This document shows, one piece after another, positions 17,754 to 25,742 of a stretch of DNA of 64,000 bases (position 1 is its first letter; each line of letters begins with the position of its first letter). The notes under the pieces were generated by a model. The model was not told where the DNA came from, made no database searches, and saw only the letters and a program-made list of their open reading frames with translations. The position numbers and the translations under genes are program-made. Source of the DNA: Candidatus Methylomirabilia bacterium (GTDB taxonomy: Bacteria; Methylomirabilota; Methylomirabilia; Rokubacteriales; CSP1-6). The stretch is from NCBI GenBank assembly GCA_041499965.1, contig JBGQLG010000003.1:15896-79895 (forward strand). The letters are read 5' to 3'.

Positions 17754-19111
17754 CGGTAGGCCTCGTCGGCCGACCAGCCCTCCGCGCCGATGAGCGGCAC
17801 GAACGCGACGTCCTCGAGCCGCTCCTGCTCGTACGTCTCCTCGCCGGTCCGGACGACCCGCACCAGCCGTTGCGACCGCATCGTCGGTCCGACCGGCATG
17901 ACGAGCCGCCCACCCACGGCCATCTGGGCCAGGAGCGAGCGAGGGACGTCCGGGCCGCCGGCGGTGACGACGATGGCGTCGTACGGCGCGTGCTCCAGCC
18001 AGCCGAGCGAGCCGTCGCCGTGCCGGACGTGGACGTTTGCGAATCCGAGCTCCTCGAGCCGGCGCCGGGCCGACTCAGCCAGTCCCTCGAGCCGCTCGAC
18101 GGTGTAGACCTCGGCGGCGATCGCGGCGAGGACGGCGGCGGCATAGCCCGAGCCTGTGCCGATCTCCAGTACCCGGTCGGCCGGTCGCAGCTGCAGCGCC
18201 TCGGTCATCGCCGCGACGATGTAGGGTTGGGAGATCGTCTGTCCCTCGCCGATCGGCAGCGGCATATCGTCGTACGCGCGATGCGCCCGCCCCGCGGGGA
18301 CGAAGCGCTCGCGCGGGACCCTCCGCATGGCGGCGAGGACGGCGGGATCGCCGAGGCCACGCCGGGCGATCTGGGTCTCGACCATGCGTTCTCGCTCGTC
18401 GATGGAACTCCGTTGGCGGCGCCGTCCGACGATCTCGCTGCGGAGCAGCGCGGCGGCGTACCGACGGGCGCGCCGGCTGATCTCGCGCTGCTCGTCGGTG
18501 CCAGCGGCGAGCGCCGAGCCCGGATCGCGCCGGGGCGCGCCGGCCCCGGCGGCCTCGGCGGCGCCGGGCTCCACCGACAGGAAGCGATCGCGGATCATGT
18601 CGATGATCGCGGCGGCCGCCGCGTCGACGGTCTGGGCGGTGGTGTCGACTCGCAGCTCGGGCGCAAGCGCGAGCTCGTACTCGACGTTGACCCCGGGAAC
18701 GCGCGCGCCCGCCCGGGCCGCCTGCGCGTAGATGCCGGCGGGCGCCGTGCCGCGCGGCCGCGCCGCCTCGCGCAGGCGACACACCGGCAGCGGGCAGAGG
18801 AGCTGGACTTCGGCGAAGCGCGGGAGCGTGACCCGCGCCAGGTCGCGCCAGGCGCGCCGGTGAGCGGTGGCGTCGAAGATTACCGGTATCCGGGCCTCGA
18901 CGAGGCAAGCGCCGATGTAGACCAGGGCCCGGTACACGGCCTCGCGCTCGGCGTCGGTATACGTCGCCGCCGGCGTGATGACGCGCCGGATCGTGTCGAG
19001 CTCGAGCACGCGCACCTCCTCGCCGCCGGCGTGCAGCCTCGCAGCCACCGCCCGCGCGATGACGGATTTGCCGCTGCCAGGCAGGCCGGTGATCCAGACC
19101 GCCCAGCTCAT
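17750..19111 (-). CDS. Fusion: adenylyl-sulfate-kinase-like P-loop kinase + protein-L-isoaspartate O-methyltransferase
   Basis: WITGLPGSGKS, IFDATAHRRAWR, VPGVNVEYE; then VPRERFV, AYDDMPLPIGEGQTISQP, VLEIGTGSGY, FVPLIG. Confidence 0.9.
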   Translation of the reverse strand: MSWAVWITGLPGSGKSVIARAVAARLHAGGEEVRVLELDTIRRVITPAATYTDAEREAVYRALVYIGACLVEARIPVIFDATAHRRAWRDLARVTLPRFAEVQLLCPLPVCRLREAARPRGTAPAGIYAQAARAGARVPGVNVEYELALAPELRVDTTAQTVDAAAAAIIDMIRDRFLSVEPGAAEAAGAGAPRRDPGSALAAGTDEQREISRRARRYAAALLRSEIVGRRRQRSSIDERERMVETQIARRGLGDPAVLAAMRRVPRERFVPAGRAHRAYDDMPLPIGEGQTISQPYIVAAMTEALQLRPADRVLEIGTGSGYAAAVLAAIAAEVYTVERLEGLAESARRRLEELGFANVHVRHGDGSLGWLEHAPYDAIVVTAGGPDVPRSLLAQMAVGGRLVMPVGPTMRSQRLVRVVRTGEETYEQERLEDVAFVPLIGAEGWSADEAYR

Positions 19112-19938
19112 CGCGTCTCCGGGAGCCGAGCATCAAGGGCCGCCCGGCAGTCGGCCAGGGCCTCGCCGTGCGCCGAGGTGTTTCCGGCCAGAAATGGCAT
19201 CGGCGCGCCGCCGTACGCGGCCGCGCCGGGAGGGAAGCAAGGCTGACCGCGTGGATTGGTGATGGTGCCGCCAGCCTCCAGCAAGATCGCCGCTCCGGCG
19301 GCAACGTCCCAGAGCGTGGCCTGGTGATCGAGGACCACGTCGATGGCGCCGATGGCGGCATAGGCGAGGTGCAGCGCCACCGAACCGAATCCGCGCAGCT
19401 TGTAGTGTCGCAGCCAACCGATCGTCGCCGGGGCCAGCTCGGGATCGAGCGGAACGCGCACCGCGACGTTGGAGGCGGCTGTCAGCGGCCGGGCGGGCAG
19501 GGCCAGGACCCGACCCCCGGCGACGGCACCGTGCCCGCGCATCGCCGAGCAGGTGAAGCCGGTACTGGGATCGTGCACGACGCCGGCGTGAGGCAGGCCA
19601 TGCCGCAGGATGCCGATCGACACCGCGAAGCACGGAATGCCGAGCGCGAAGTTGTTCGTGCCGTCGAGGGGATCGACGACCCAGACGAACTCCCGGGCGC
19701 CCGGATCGACGGCCAAGCCCTCCTCGGCCACGATCCCGTCGTCGGGAAAGCAGGAGCGGATCCGTTCCGCGAGCCGCTCCTGGATGGCGACGTCGACATC
19801 GGTGACCCGGTCGCCGGGTCCTTTCCAATCGACACGCACCTCGGCACGGACGGCTCCGGTAGCCTGCCGTCCGCCCTGGTGTGCCAGGGCGAGGGCCAGC
19901 TGGAGTCGAGCCCCGCTCGAGCCGCGTCGGTCGGTCAT
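19108..19938 (-). CDS. Inositol monophosphatase family protein
   Basis: VTDVD, AEEG, WVVDPLDGTNNF, GSVALHLAY, WDVAAG. Confidence 0.93.
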   Translation of the reverse strand: MTDRRGSSGARLQLALALAHQGGRQATGAVRAEVRVDWKGPGDRVTDVDVAIQERLAERIRSCFPDDGIVAEEGLAVDPGAREFVWVVDPLDGTNNFALGIPCFAVSIGILRHGLPHAGVVHDPSTGFTCSAMRGHGAVAGGRVLALPARPLTAASNVAVRVPLDPELAPATIGWLRHYKLRGFGSVALHLAYAAIGAIDVVLDHQATLWDVAAGAAILLEAGGTITNPRGQPCFPPGAAAYGGAPMPFLAGNTSAHGEALADCRAALDARLPETR

Positions 19939-19952
19939 GGACCGGCGAGCAT

Positions 19953-19968
19953 CGCAACTCGAATGCCA
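19953..19968 (-). promoter_or_regulatory. sigma54 promoter for IMPase-kinase::pcm-mat
   Basis: TGGCATTCGAGTTGCG; AAA-N8-TT at 19984-19996; TGGGGC-GCCTGC-GCCACA at 20019-20036. Confidence 0.82.
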
Positions 19969-20093
19969 GCGGCGTCACGAGCCAAAACAGGGAGTTATCG
20001 TTGGCGTCCCGCGCAACGTGGGGCGCCTGCGCCACACGGGGATGACGGGAGGCAGCCGCGCCGCACGAGCAGGGGACGTGTAGAGTACCCGCC

Positions 20094-21557
20094 GTGACCG
20101 TGACCACTGAGCCCGCTGCAGCTGAGCCCGCTCCGGCGACATCGACGGTTCTCTGGCGGGTGATCGTGCCGCTTGTGCTCGGCGCGAGCATCGTGGTGCT
20201 CCCGCCGCCCGCCGGCCTGACGCCCACCGCGTGGCACTTCTTCGCGTTGTTCGTGACGACGATCGCGGCCCTGGTCACCGAGCCGATCCCCGGCCCTGTG
20301 GTCGGCCTGCTGGGGGTGACGCTGGCGGCGCTGCTCGGCCTCGTGGCCCGCGACCCCGCCGCCTCGATTCGATGGGCGCTCACGGGCTTCTCGGACAGCA
20401 CCGTGTGGCTGATGTTCGTCGTGCTCATGCTCGCGCTCGGATATCAGAAGACGGGGCTCGGCCACCGGATCGCCCTCACGCTGGTCGAGCGTCTCGGCCG
20501 CCGGACACTCGGGCTCGGGTACGCGGTCGCGCTCGCTGACCTTGTCCTGGCGCCCCTCACGCCGTCCAACACGGCACGCGCCGGCGGCATCCTGTTCCCG
20601 ATCATCCGGGCGATCCCGGCGCTCTACGGCTCGTCGCCCGGCCAGACGGCCCGCGGGATAGGCGCCTATCTGATGTGGACGTCGTTCGCGGCGATGTGCG
20701 TCACGAGCTCGCTGTTCCTGACCGCGCTCGCGCCCAATCTGCTCGCCCAGGCGATGCTGAAGGACATCGCGCGCGTGAACGTCACGTGGGTCGAGTGGTT
20801 CGTCGGATTCCTGCCGGTCGGGCTCGTGCTGTTCGGTCTGGCGCCGCTGCTGGTGTACTGGATCTATCCGCCGACCCTGACCGCCAGCGCCGAGGTTCCG
20901 CGGTGGGCCCGGGCCGAGCTCGAGCGGCTCGGCGGTATCAAGCGCAGCGAGGTCGTGATGGCGCTGCTGGTCGCCCTCGCGCTGGCCTTGTGGATCCTGG
21001 GCAGCCGCTGGGTGAGCCCGACCACGGCCGCGCTCCTCGTGTTCTGCCTGATGCTCGTCACGGGCATCGTCGACTGGGACGATGTCCTCGGAGCCCGGCA
21101 GGCCTGGAACGCCCTCGTGTGGTTCGCCACCCTCGTGACCCTCGCCGATGGACTGAACCGGGTCGGGTTCCTCGGGTGGTTCGCGGCAGGCACGGTCGGC
21201 GCCCTCGCGCCGCTGCCCGTCGTCGCCCGGATGGTCGCCATCGTCCTGGCATTCTTCGTGGCCCACTACATGTTCGCGAGCCTCACCGCGCACACGACGG
21301 CGCTGCTGCCGGCGTTCCTCGCCGTGGTCGCGGCCAGCCCCGATCTTCCGCGGCGGCCGCTGTCGCTCCTGCTCTGCTACACGCTCGGCCTCATGGGTGT
21401 CCTCACCCCGTACGCCACCGGCTCGGCTCCGATCTACTACGCGAGCGGGTACGTCACTCGCCGGGAGTTCTGGAGGCTCGGCGCGATCTTCGGTGCGCTC
21501 TACCTGGCCGTTCTCGTGGGCCTCGGGCTTCCTTACCTCGTGGCGCTGACCCCGTAG
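20094..21557 (+). CDS. DASS-family anion/dicarboxylate transporter
   Basis: Multi-TM; PAGLTPTAW, KTGLGHRIAL, TPSNTARAGGI, SSLFLTALAPN, TPYATGSAPIYY. Confidence 0.93.
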   Translation: MTVTTEPAAAEPAPATSTVLWRVIVPLVLGASIVVLPPPAGLTPTAWHFFALFVTTIAALVTEPIPGPVVGLLGVTLAALLGLVARDPAASIRWALTGFSDSTVWLMFVVLMLALGYQKTGLGHRIALTLVERLGRRTLGLGYAVALADLVLAPLTPSNTARAGGILFPIIRAIPALYGSSPGQTARGIGAYLMWTSFAAMCVTSSLFLTALAPNLLAQAMLKDIARVNVTWVEWFVGFLPVGLVLFGLAPLLVYWIYPPTLTASAEVPRWARAELERLGGIKRSEVVMALLVALALALWILGSRWVSPTTAALLVFCLMLVTGIVDWDDVLGARQAWNALVWFATLVTLADGLNRVGFLGWFAAGTVGALAPLPVVARMVAIVLAFFVAHYMFASLTAHTTALLPAFLAVVAASPDLPRRPLSLLLCYTLGLMGVLTPYATGSAPIYYASGYVTRREFWRLGAIFGALYLAVLVGLGLPYLVALTP

Positions 21558-21568
21558 CCGAGGCGCCG

Positions 21569-22615
21569 CTAGCGCGCCCGCCGGGGCGACGCCGTCGGCG
21601 TGCTCGCCCGTTCCAGTGCCGTGAGGATCTCGTCGCGCACCCGCCACGGGAACGCCACGCGGCGTCCGTGCCGCATGGCACCGACGCCACGCCCTGACGC
21701 CACTGAGCCGATGACGCGACCGATGATTCCCCGCCGGGACCATGACCGTAGCAGGCGCGCGACTCGCGCTGCCGGCGCCGCGACCAGCAGGGCGCCGGAA
21801 CCGATCAGTCCGAGCGGGTCGATGTCGTAGTGGCGGCAGATCCGTGCGGTCGGCGGCAGGACGGGGATCCGGTCGAGATCGACGCGAATCCGTACCCCTG
21901 ACGCGAACGCGATCTCGTGCAGGCCGGCGCGGATCCCGCCCTCGGTGGGATCGTGCATCGCGGAAGCACCGTGGCGGGCCGCGAGGAGGGCCTCGGGGAC
22001 CACGGAGATCCCCGGCTCGTATCGCAGCCGCTGAGCTGCGCGCAGCAGGGCCGGCGGCAGCGCGCAGCCCAGCTCACCGGCGCGCTCCTGGGCGAGGACC
22101 GCCGTCCCCTCGATGCCGGCGGCCTTCGTGGCCAGGAGGAGATCTCCGGCGCGTGCGCCGGCGGCGGTGACGATGCGCGACGAGAGCAGCGGGCCTTGCA
22201 TGTCGCCGGCGACCACCGGGCGTGTCACCGCGTCGGTCACTTCCGTGTGGCCCCCGGTCACCGCCACGCCGAGGGCGCGGCAGGCGGCGTCGATGTCGCG
22301 GGCGATCGCCATGACGATCGAGGCATGGGTGCCGGGCGGCACGAGAATCGTCGGCTGGAACCAGGCCGGTTCGCCGCCCATGACGGCGATGTCGTTGGCG
22401 TTGACCTGGACGGCGTACCAGCCGACCCGGCGGCTGGTGAACGTCACGGGATCACTCTTCAAGACGAGGCGATGTCGCCCCAGGGCGACCACGGCGGCGT
22501 CGACGCCGCAGCCCGGACCGACGAGCACCCGTCGATCGGCCGCGCCGCGCCAGCGGAGGAGCCGCTCGAGGAGCCGGGGTGGGAGCTTGCCGGTGAGCAG
22601 ACCCTCGGTCGCCAC
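21569..22615 (-). CDS. AIR-synthase-related (PurM/HypE-like) protein
   Basis: GKLP, GPGCGVDAAV, SDPVTF, NANDIA, GGHTEVT, MHDPTEGG, DPLGLIGSG. Confidence 0.9.
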   Translation of the reverse strand: MATEGLLTGKLPPRLLERLLRWRGAADRRVLVGPGCGVDAAVVALGRHRLVLKSDPVTFTSRRVGWYAVQVNANDIAVMGGEPAWFQPTILVPPGTHASIVMAIARDIDAACRALGVAVTGGHTEVTDAVTRPVVAGDMQGPLLSSRIVTAAGARAGDLLLATKAAGIEGTAVLAQERAGELGCALPPALLRAAQRLRYEPGISVVPEALLAARHGASAMHDPTEGGIRAGLHEIAFASGVRIRVDLDRIPVLPPTARICRHYDIDPLGLIGSGALLVAAPAARVARLLRSWSRRGIIGRVIGSVASGRGVGAMRHGRRVAFPWRVRDEILTALERASTPTASPRRAR

Positions 22616-22628
22616 GGTGTTCCCCCCG

Positions 22629-22644
22629 TGCATGGCCGATGCCC
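22629..22644 (-). promoter_or_regulatory. sigma54 promoter for AIRS-like gene
   Basis: GGGCATCGGCCATGCA; GTG 22615 is 15 nt after the -12 C. Confidence 0.65.
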
Positions 22645-22728
22645 CGCCCGGCGACCTCGAACCGGCGGAGCCCGGCCAGGACAATCGAGCTGTTGCCGCG
22701 CCGGGGTCCTCGGCGTCGCCACGGTCGG

Positions 22729-22766
22729 CGAGAAGGCGCTGCCCCATGTGGGGTATCACTGTCCCA
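22729..22766. promoter_or_regulatory. Tandem palindromic sites between divergent promoters
   Basis: CGAGAA-GGCGCT-GCCCCA tg TGGGGT-ATCACT-GTCCCA. Confidence 0.6.
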
Positions 22767-22872
22767 GCGCGGCCGCGTCCCGTCGAGGGCGCTGGAGCGC
22801 TCCCTCATCCAGACGGTTGCGCAGGCGGGCCTCTTCACCCGCACCGCCGCCTCGGTGTCCGGTTTCGCCGCG

Positions 22873-22888
22873 TGGCATCCGCGATGCA
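22873..22888 (+). promoter_or_regulatory. sigma54 promoter for baeRF-carS
   Basis: TGGCATCCGCGATGCA. Confidence 0.72.
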
Positions 22889-22936
22889 CCGCTGTCGCGG
22901 CTGACGGCAGCGGCAAAGCCGCAGGAGGACCGCGAC

Positions 22937-24067
22937 GTGACTGCTTCGTACGACGACATCGCCGCGCAGCTCGCGCGCCTGGAGCGTCTACCCGCTGCCC
23001 AACCCGGGGTGGTGAGCGTCTACCTGAACACGCGGTGGTCGGATGAGCACCAGCGCGATCGGACCCGCATCTTCTTGACCGGGGAGCTTCGCCGGGCCAG
23101 AGAGGCCGGTGGGGTCGAGCCCGAGGATCTCGACTGGATCGAGCGAGAGGGCGACATGCTCGTCGACCAGGCCGAGCTGTCGGAGGCCAAGGGTGTCGCG
23201 CTGTTCGCGTGCCGGTCCCTGGGCCTGCGCGAAGTGATTCCCGCCCGCATCCCGTTTCACGAGCGATTCGTCGTGGCGGAGCGGCCCGACCTCGGCGGGC
23301 TCGCCGAGCTACTCGACGAGCACGCCTCGGCGATCGTCGTCTTCGTCGACGGCGAGAGTGCACGGCTGCTTCCGCTTCATCCGAGCGGGGCCGGCGCCGA
23401 GGTGGCCCTCGAACGCGACGTGCCGGGGCGCCACACGCGAGGGGGCTGGGCGCAGCTCGCCCAGTCACGCTATGCCCGGCACATCGAGACCCACCGCGAT
23501 CGACACTTCGAGGCGGTCGCCGACGCCGTCACCCACATCGCCGACACACAGGCGATCCATCGCATCCTGCTGGCCGGTCACGAGAACGAGCTCGCCGCCT
23601 TCCGGAACCAGCTTCCCGAGCGGCTGCAGCAGCTGGTGGTGGGGCAGATCCACGCCACCCGCTGGGAGCCGGCGAGTGCCATCCTGCGGCGGGCGTCCGA
23701 GCGACTCGACCTGCAGGAGCACAGCGACGAGGTGGGCGATGTCGACGACGTCCTCACCGAGGCCGCGAAAGGCGGGCGGGCTGTCGCCGGTCCTGGCACG
23801 CTGGTCGCCGCCCGCCGCGGGGCGATCCATCGGCTCTACATCCTGGCCGATCTGCATCGCCCGGGCCGAGCGTGCGAGCGCTGTGGCGCGCTGCAGGAGG
23901 CGGGCGAGAGCTGTTGGTTGTGCGGAGGGCCCACGCGCGAGATCGAGCTGGCCGCCGCCGTGGTGGATCGCGTGCAACGGACCGGGGGCACGGTGGAAAC
24001 GGTCCTCTCCCACGCGGGCCTGGCCGCGGCGGGAGGGCTGGCCGCGCGCCTCCGATACAGCCTGTAG
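22937..24067 (+). CDS. Bacterial archaeo-eukaryotic release factor (baeRF/eRF1-like) protein with Zn ribbon
   Basis: VVSVYLN, GVALFAC, HTRGGWAQLAQSRYARH loop, CERC...CWLCG, terminal GGLAARLRY; AGGAGG RBS before GTG 22937. Confidence 0.85.
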   Translation: MTASYDDIAAQLARLERLPAAQPGVVSVYLNTRWSDEHQRDRTRIFLTGELRRAREAGGVEPEDLDWIEREGDMLVDQAELSEAKGVALFACRSLGLREVIPARIPFHERFVVAERPDLGGLAELLDEHASAIVVFVDGESARLLPLHPSGAGAEVALERDVPGRHTRGGWAQLAQSRYARHIETHRDRHFEAVADAVTHIADTQAIHRILLAGHENELAAFRNQLPERLQQLVVGQIHATRWEPASAILRRASERLDLQEHSDEVGDVDDVLTEAAKGGRAVAGPGTLVAARRGAIHRLYILADLHRPGRACERCGALQEAGESCWLCGGPTREIELAAAVVDRVQRTGGTVETVLSHAGLAAAGGLAARLRYSL

Positions 24068-24069
24068 GC

Positions 24070-24570
24070 CTGCTGGGTCGCGCGCTCCGGCTCCTGGCGT
24101 TCATGGCGCCGGCCTATGTCGCCACCATGGCGGCGCCCCTGACCAGGTACTGGAGAGGCTGGAACCGGCCGATCAACGCGCGGTGGCTCGGCAGTCACAA
24201 GACCGTGATCGGGTTCGCCGCCGGGCTCCTGGGCGCGCTGAGCACGAGCTTCGTCCAGCACGCCATCGGCTGCGACACGGGCATCGTCGACGTCGACAAC
24301 TGGGCCGAGCTCGGCCTGCGCTTCGGTCTGGGGGCGATGGCGGGCGACAGCGCCAAGAGCTTCTTCAAGCGTCGCCTGGGGATTCCCCCAGGGGAGCCAT
24401 GGCTGCCGTTCGATCAGGTCGACTTCGTGCTCGGAGCGTTGATCCTCGTCGCGCCCCGCTCGACCCTCGGCCTCGGTGACGTCACCCTCGTGCTCTGCCT
24501 GAGCTTCGGCGGACACATCGCCGTCAACCATGCGGCGTACTGGCTCGGCCTTCGCGACGTGAGGTGGTGA
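24070..24570 (+). CDS. carS: CDP-archaeol synthase-like (CarS/DUF46) membrane cytidylyltransferase
   Basis: PAYVATMAAP, LGSHKT, GAMAGDSAKSFFKRRLG, PFDQVDF, terminal LGLRDVRW; start uncertain (first ATG 24103). Confidence 0.8.
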   Translation: MLGRALRLLAFMAPAYVATMAAPLTRYWRGWNRPINARWLGSHKTVIGFAAGLLGALSTSFVQHAIGCDTGIVDVDNWAELGLRFGLGAMAGDSAKSFFKRRLGIPPGEPWLPFDQVDFVLGALILVAPRSTLGLGDVTLVLCLSFGGHIAVNHAAYWLGLRDVRW

Positions 24571-24744
24571 CGGTCGGACGAGAGTGCCCACCCTCTCCCG
24601 CCGTTTGCGCCGAGGGCGCGGCCGGGCCGTGGAGAACGTCGCACACGATCCGCTTGACAGCGGCTGACATGCCGCGCTGAGCCAGTATCGGGTCTCCCTT
24701 GCCGGAAGCGGGGCGCGTAGACAACCACGCCCCTCGGACACGCC

Positions 24745-24782
24745 TGGGGCGCCGGTGCCCCATCTGGGGCAGCCGTGATCGG
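24745..24782. promoter_or_regulatory. Tandem palindromic enhancer-like sites
   Basis: TGGGGC-GCCGGT-GCCCCA tc TGGGGC-AGCCGT-GATCGG. Confidence 0.7.
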
Positions 24783-24836
24783 TGTCGATCTCGGCCCGGT
24801 GCCGCGGAACTCTTGATTCTCAAGAGCTCGCAATGT

Positions 24837-24852
24837 TGGCAACGCGGATGCA
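24837..24852 (+). promoter_or_regulatory. sigma54 promoter for BON'-USP-nrdJ
   Basis: TGGCAACGCGGATGCA. Confidence 0.75.
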
Positions 24853-24957
24853 CCGCTCGGCATCGCGTCCGATCACAACGAGACGACGAGCACGGCGCTG
24901 CGTGCTCCGATGCCATTGGACGGAGATGATGCTGCGATGGGATGCGGAGGAACAGTC

Positions 24958-25146
24958 ATGATCCAGGGACCCAGGAAGACGGACACCCAGATCCATCACG
25001 ACGTGCTCGAAGAGCTCAAGTGGGATTCGCGCGTCGACGAGACGGAGGTGGGGGTCGAGGTCGGCAAGGGGGTCGTCACGCTGACCGGCACCGTGTCGAG
25101 CTGGGCCAAGCGGATGGCGGCCCAGGAAGCGGCGTGCCGGGTGTGA
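24958..25146 (+). pseudogene. Truncated BON-domain gene (62 aa), paralog of 35253-35927
   Basis: Near-identical to the first ~62 residues of the BON protein at 35253, then stops at the USP start. Confidence 0.85.
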
Positions 25147-25742
25147 TGACCGCCGTCCCGAAGGGGCCGGCGCAGGAGATCCTGGTCGCCACCGACTTTT
25201 CGGACACCGGCGCCGCCGCCCTCGATGTGGCCGGGCAGTATGCGCGGGCGCTCCACGCGCGTCTGCACCTGCTGCATGTCTTCACCGAGGATGTCGACAC
25301 GACGCGCCTCCTCGGCGACGCGGCCGCCGCGGTGGGAGGGGACGTTCCCGTGCTCATGGCCGGGACCGGCGGCGACCCTGCCGAGGAGATCCTGCGCTAC
25401 GGCACCCAACACGCGATCGACCTCATCGTCGTCGGTACGCACGGGCGCACCGGCGTGAGCCGGGTGCTCCTCGGCAGCGTGGCCGAGCGCGTCGTGCGCG
25501 GCGCCCGCTGTGCCGTGCTCGTGGTGCCGGCGCGCCGACAGCGTGCGGCGCCGGGGCCCGCCGCTCCGGCGGCGGCCGGCGGGGCGCTCGATGCGGAGGA
25601 GGCAGAGCCGCGGGCGCCGGCGCGACTCTGCCTGGTCTGCGCGACGCCCACCCCCGATCTGATCTGCGAGCCGTGCCGCGCCCGCATCCGCGGCGAGGCG
25701 CTGGAGCGCAAGCAGCGCGAGGAGCGCCCGGGGAGGCCATGA
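25146..25742 (+). CDS. Universal stress protein with C-terminal CxxC-x8-CxxC tail
   Basis: ILVATDFS, DLIVVGTHGRTG, LLGSVAERVVR; CLVCATPTPDLICEPC. Confidence 0.92.
   Translation: MTAVPKGPAQEILVATDFSDTGAAALDVAGQYARALHARLHLLHVFTEDVDTTRLLGDAAAAVGGDVPVLMAGTGGDPAEEILRYGTQHAIDLIVVGTHGRTGVSRVLLGSVAERVVRGARCAVLVVPARRQRAAPGPAAPAAAGGALDAEEAEPRAPARLCLVCATPTPDLICEPCRARIRGEALERKQREERPGRP

Noticed and set aside
20041-20094. sigma54 promoter for the DASS gene
   Set aside because: Only degenerate matches; not counted.
21917-24067. 716-aa ORF
   Set aside because: First 340 codons are antisense to the AIRS-like gene and span promoters; real start is GTG 22937.
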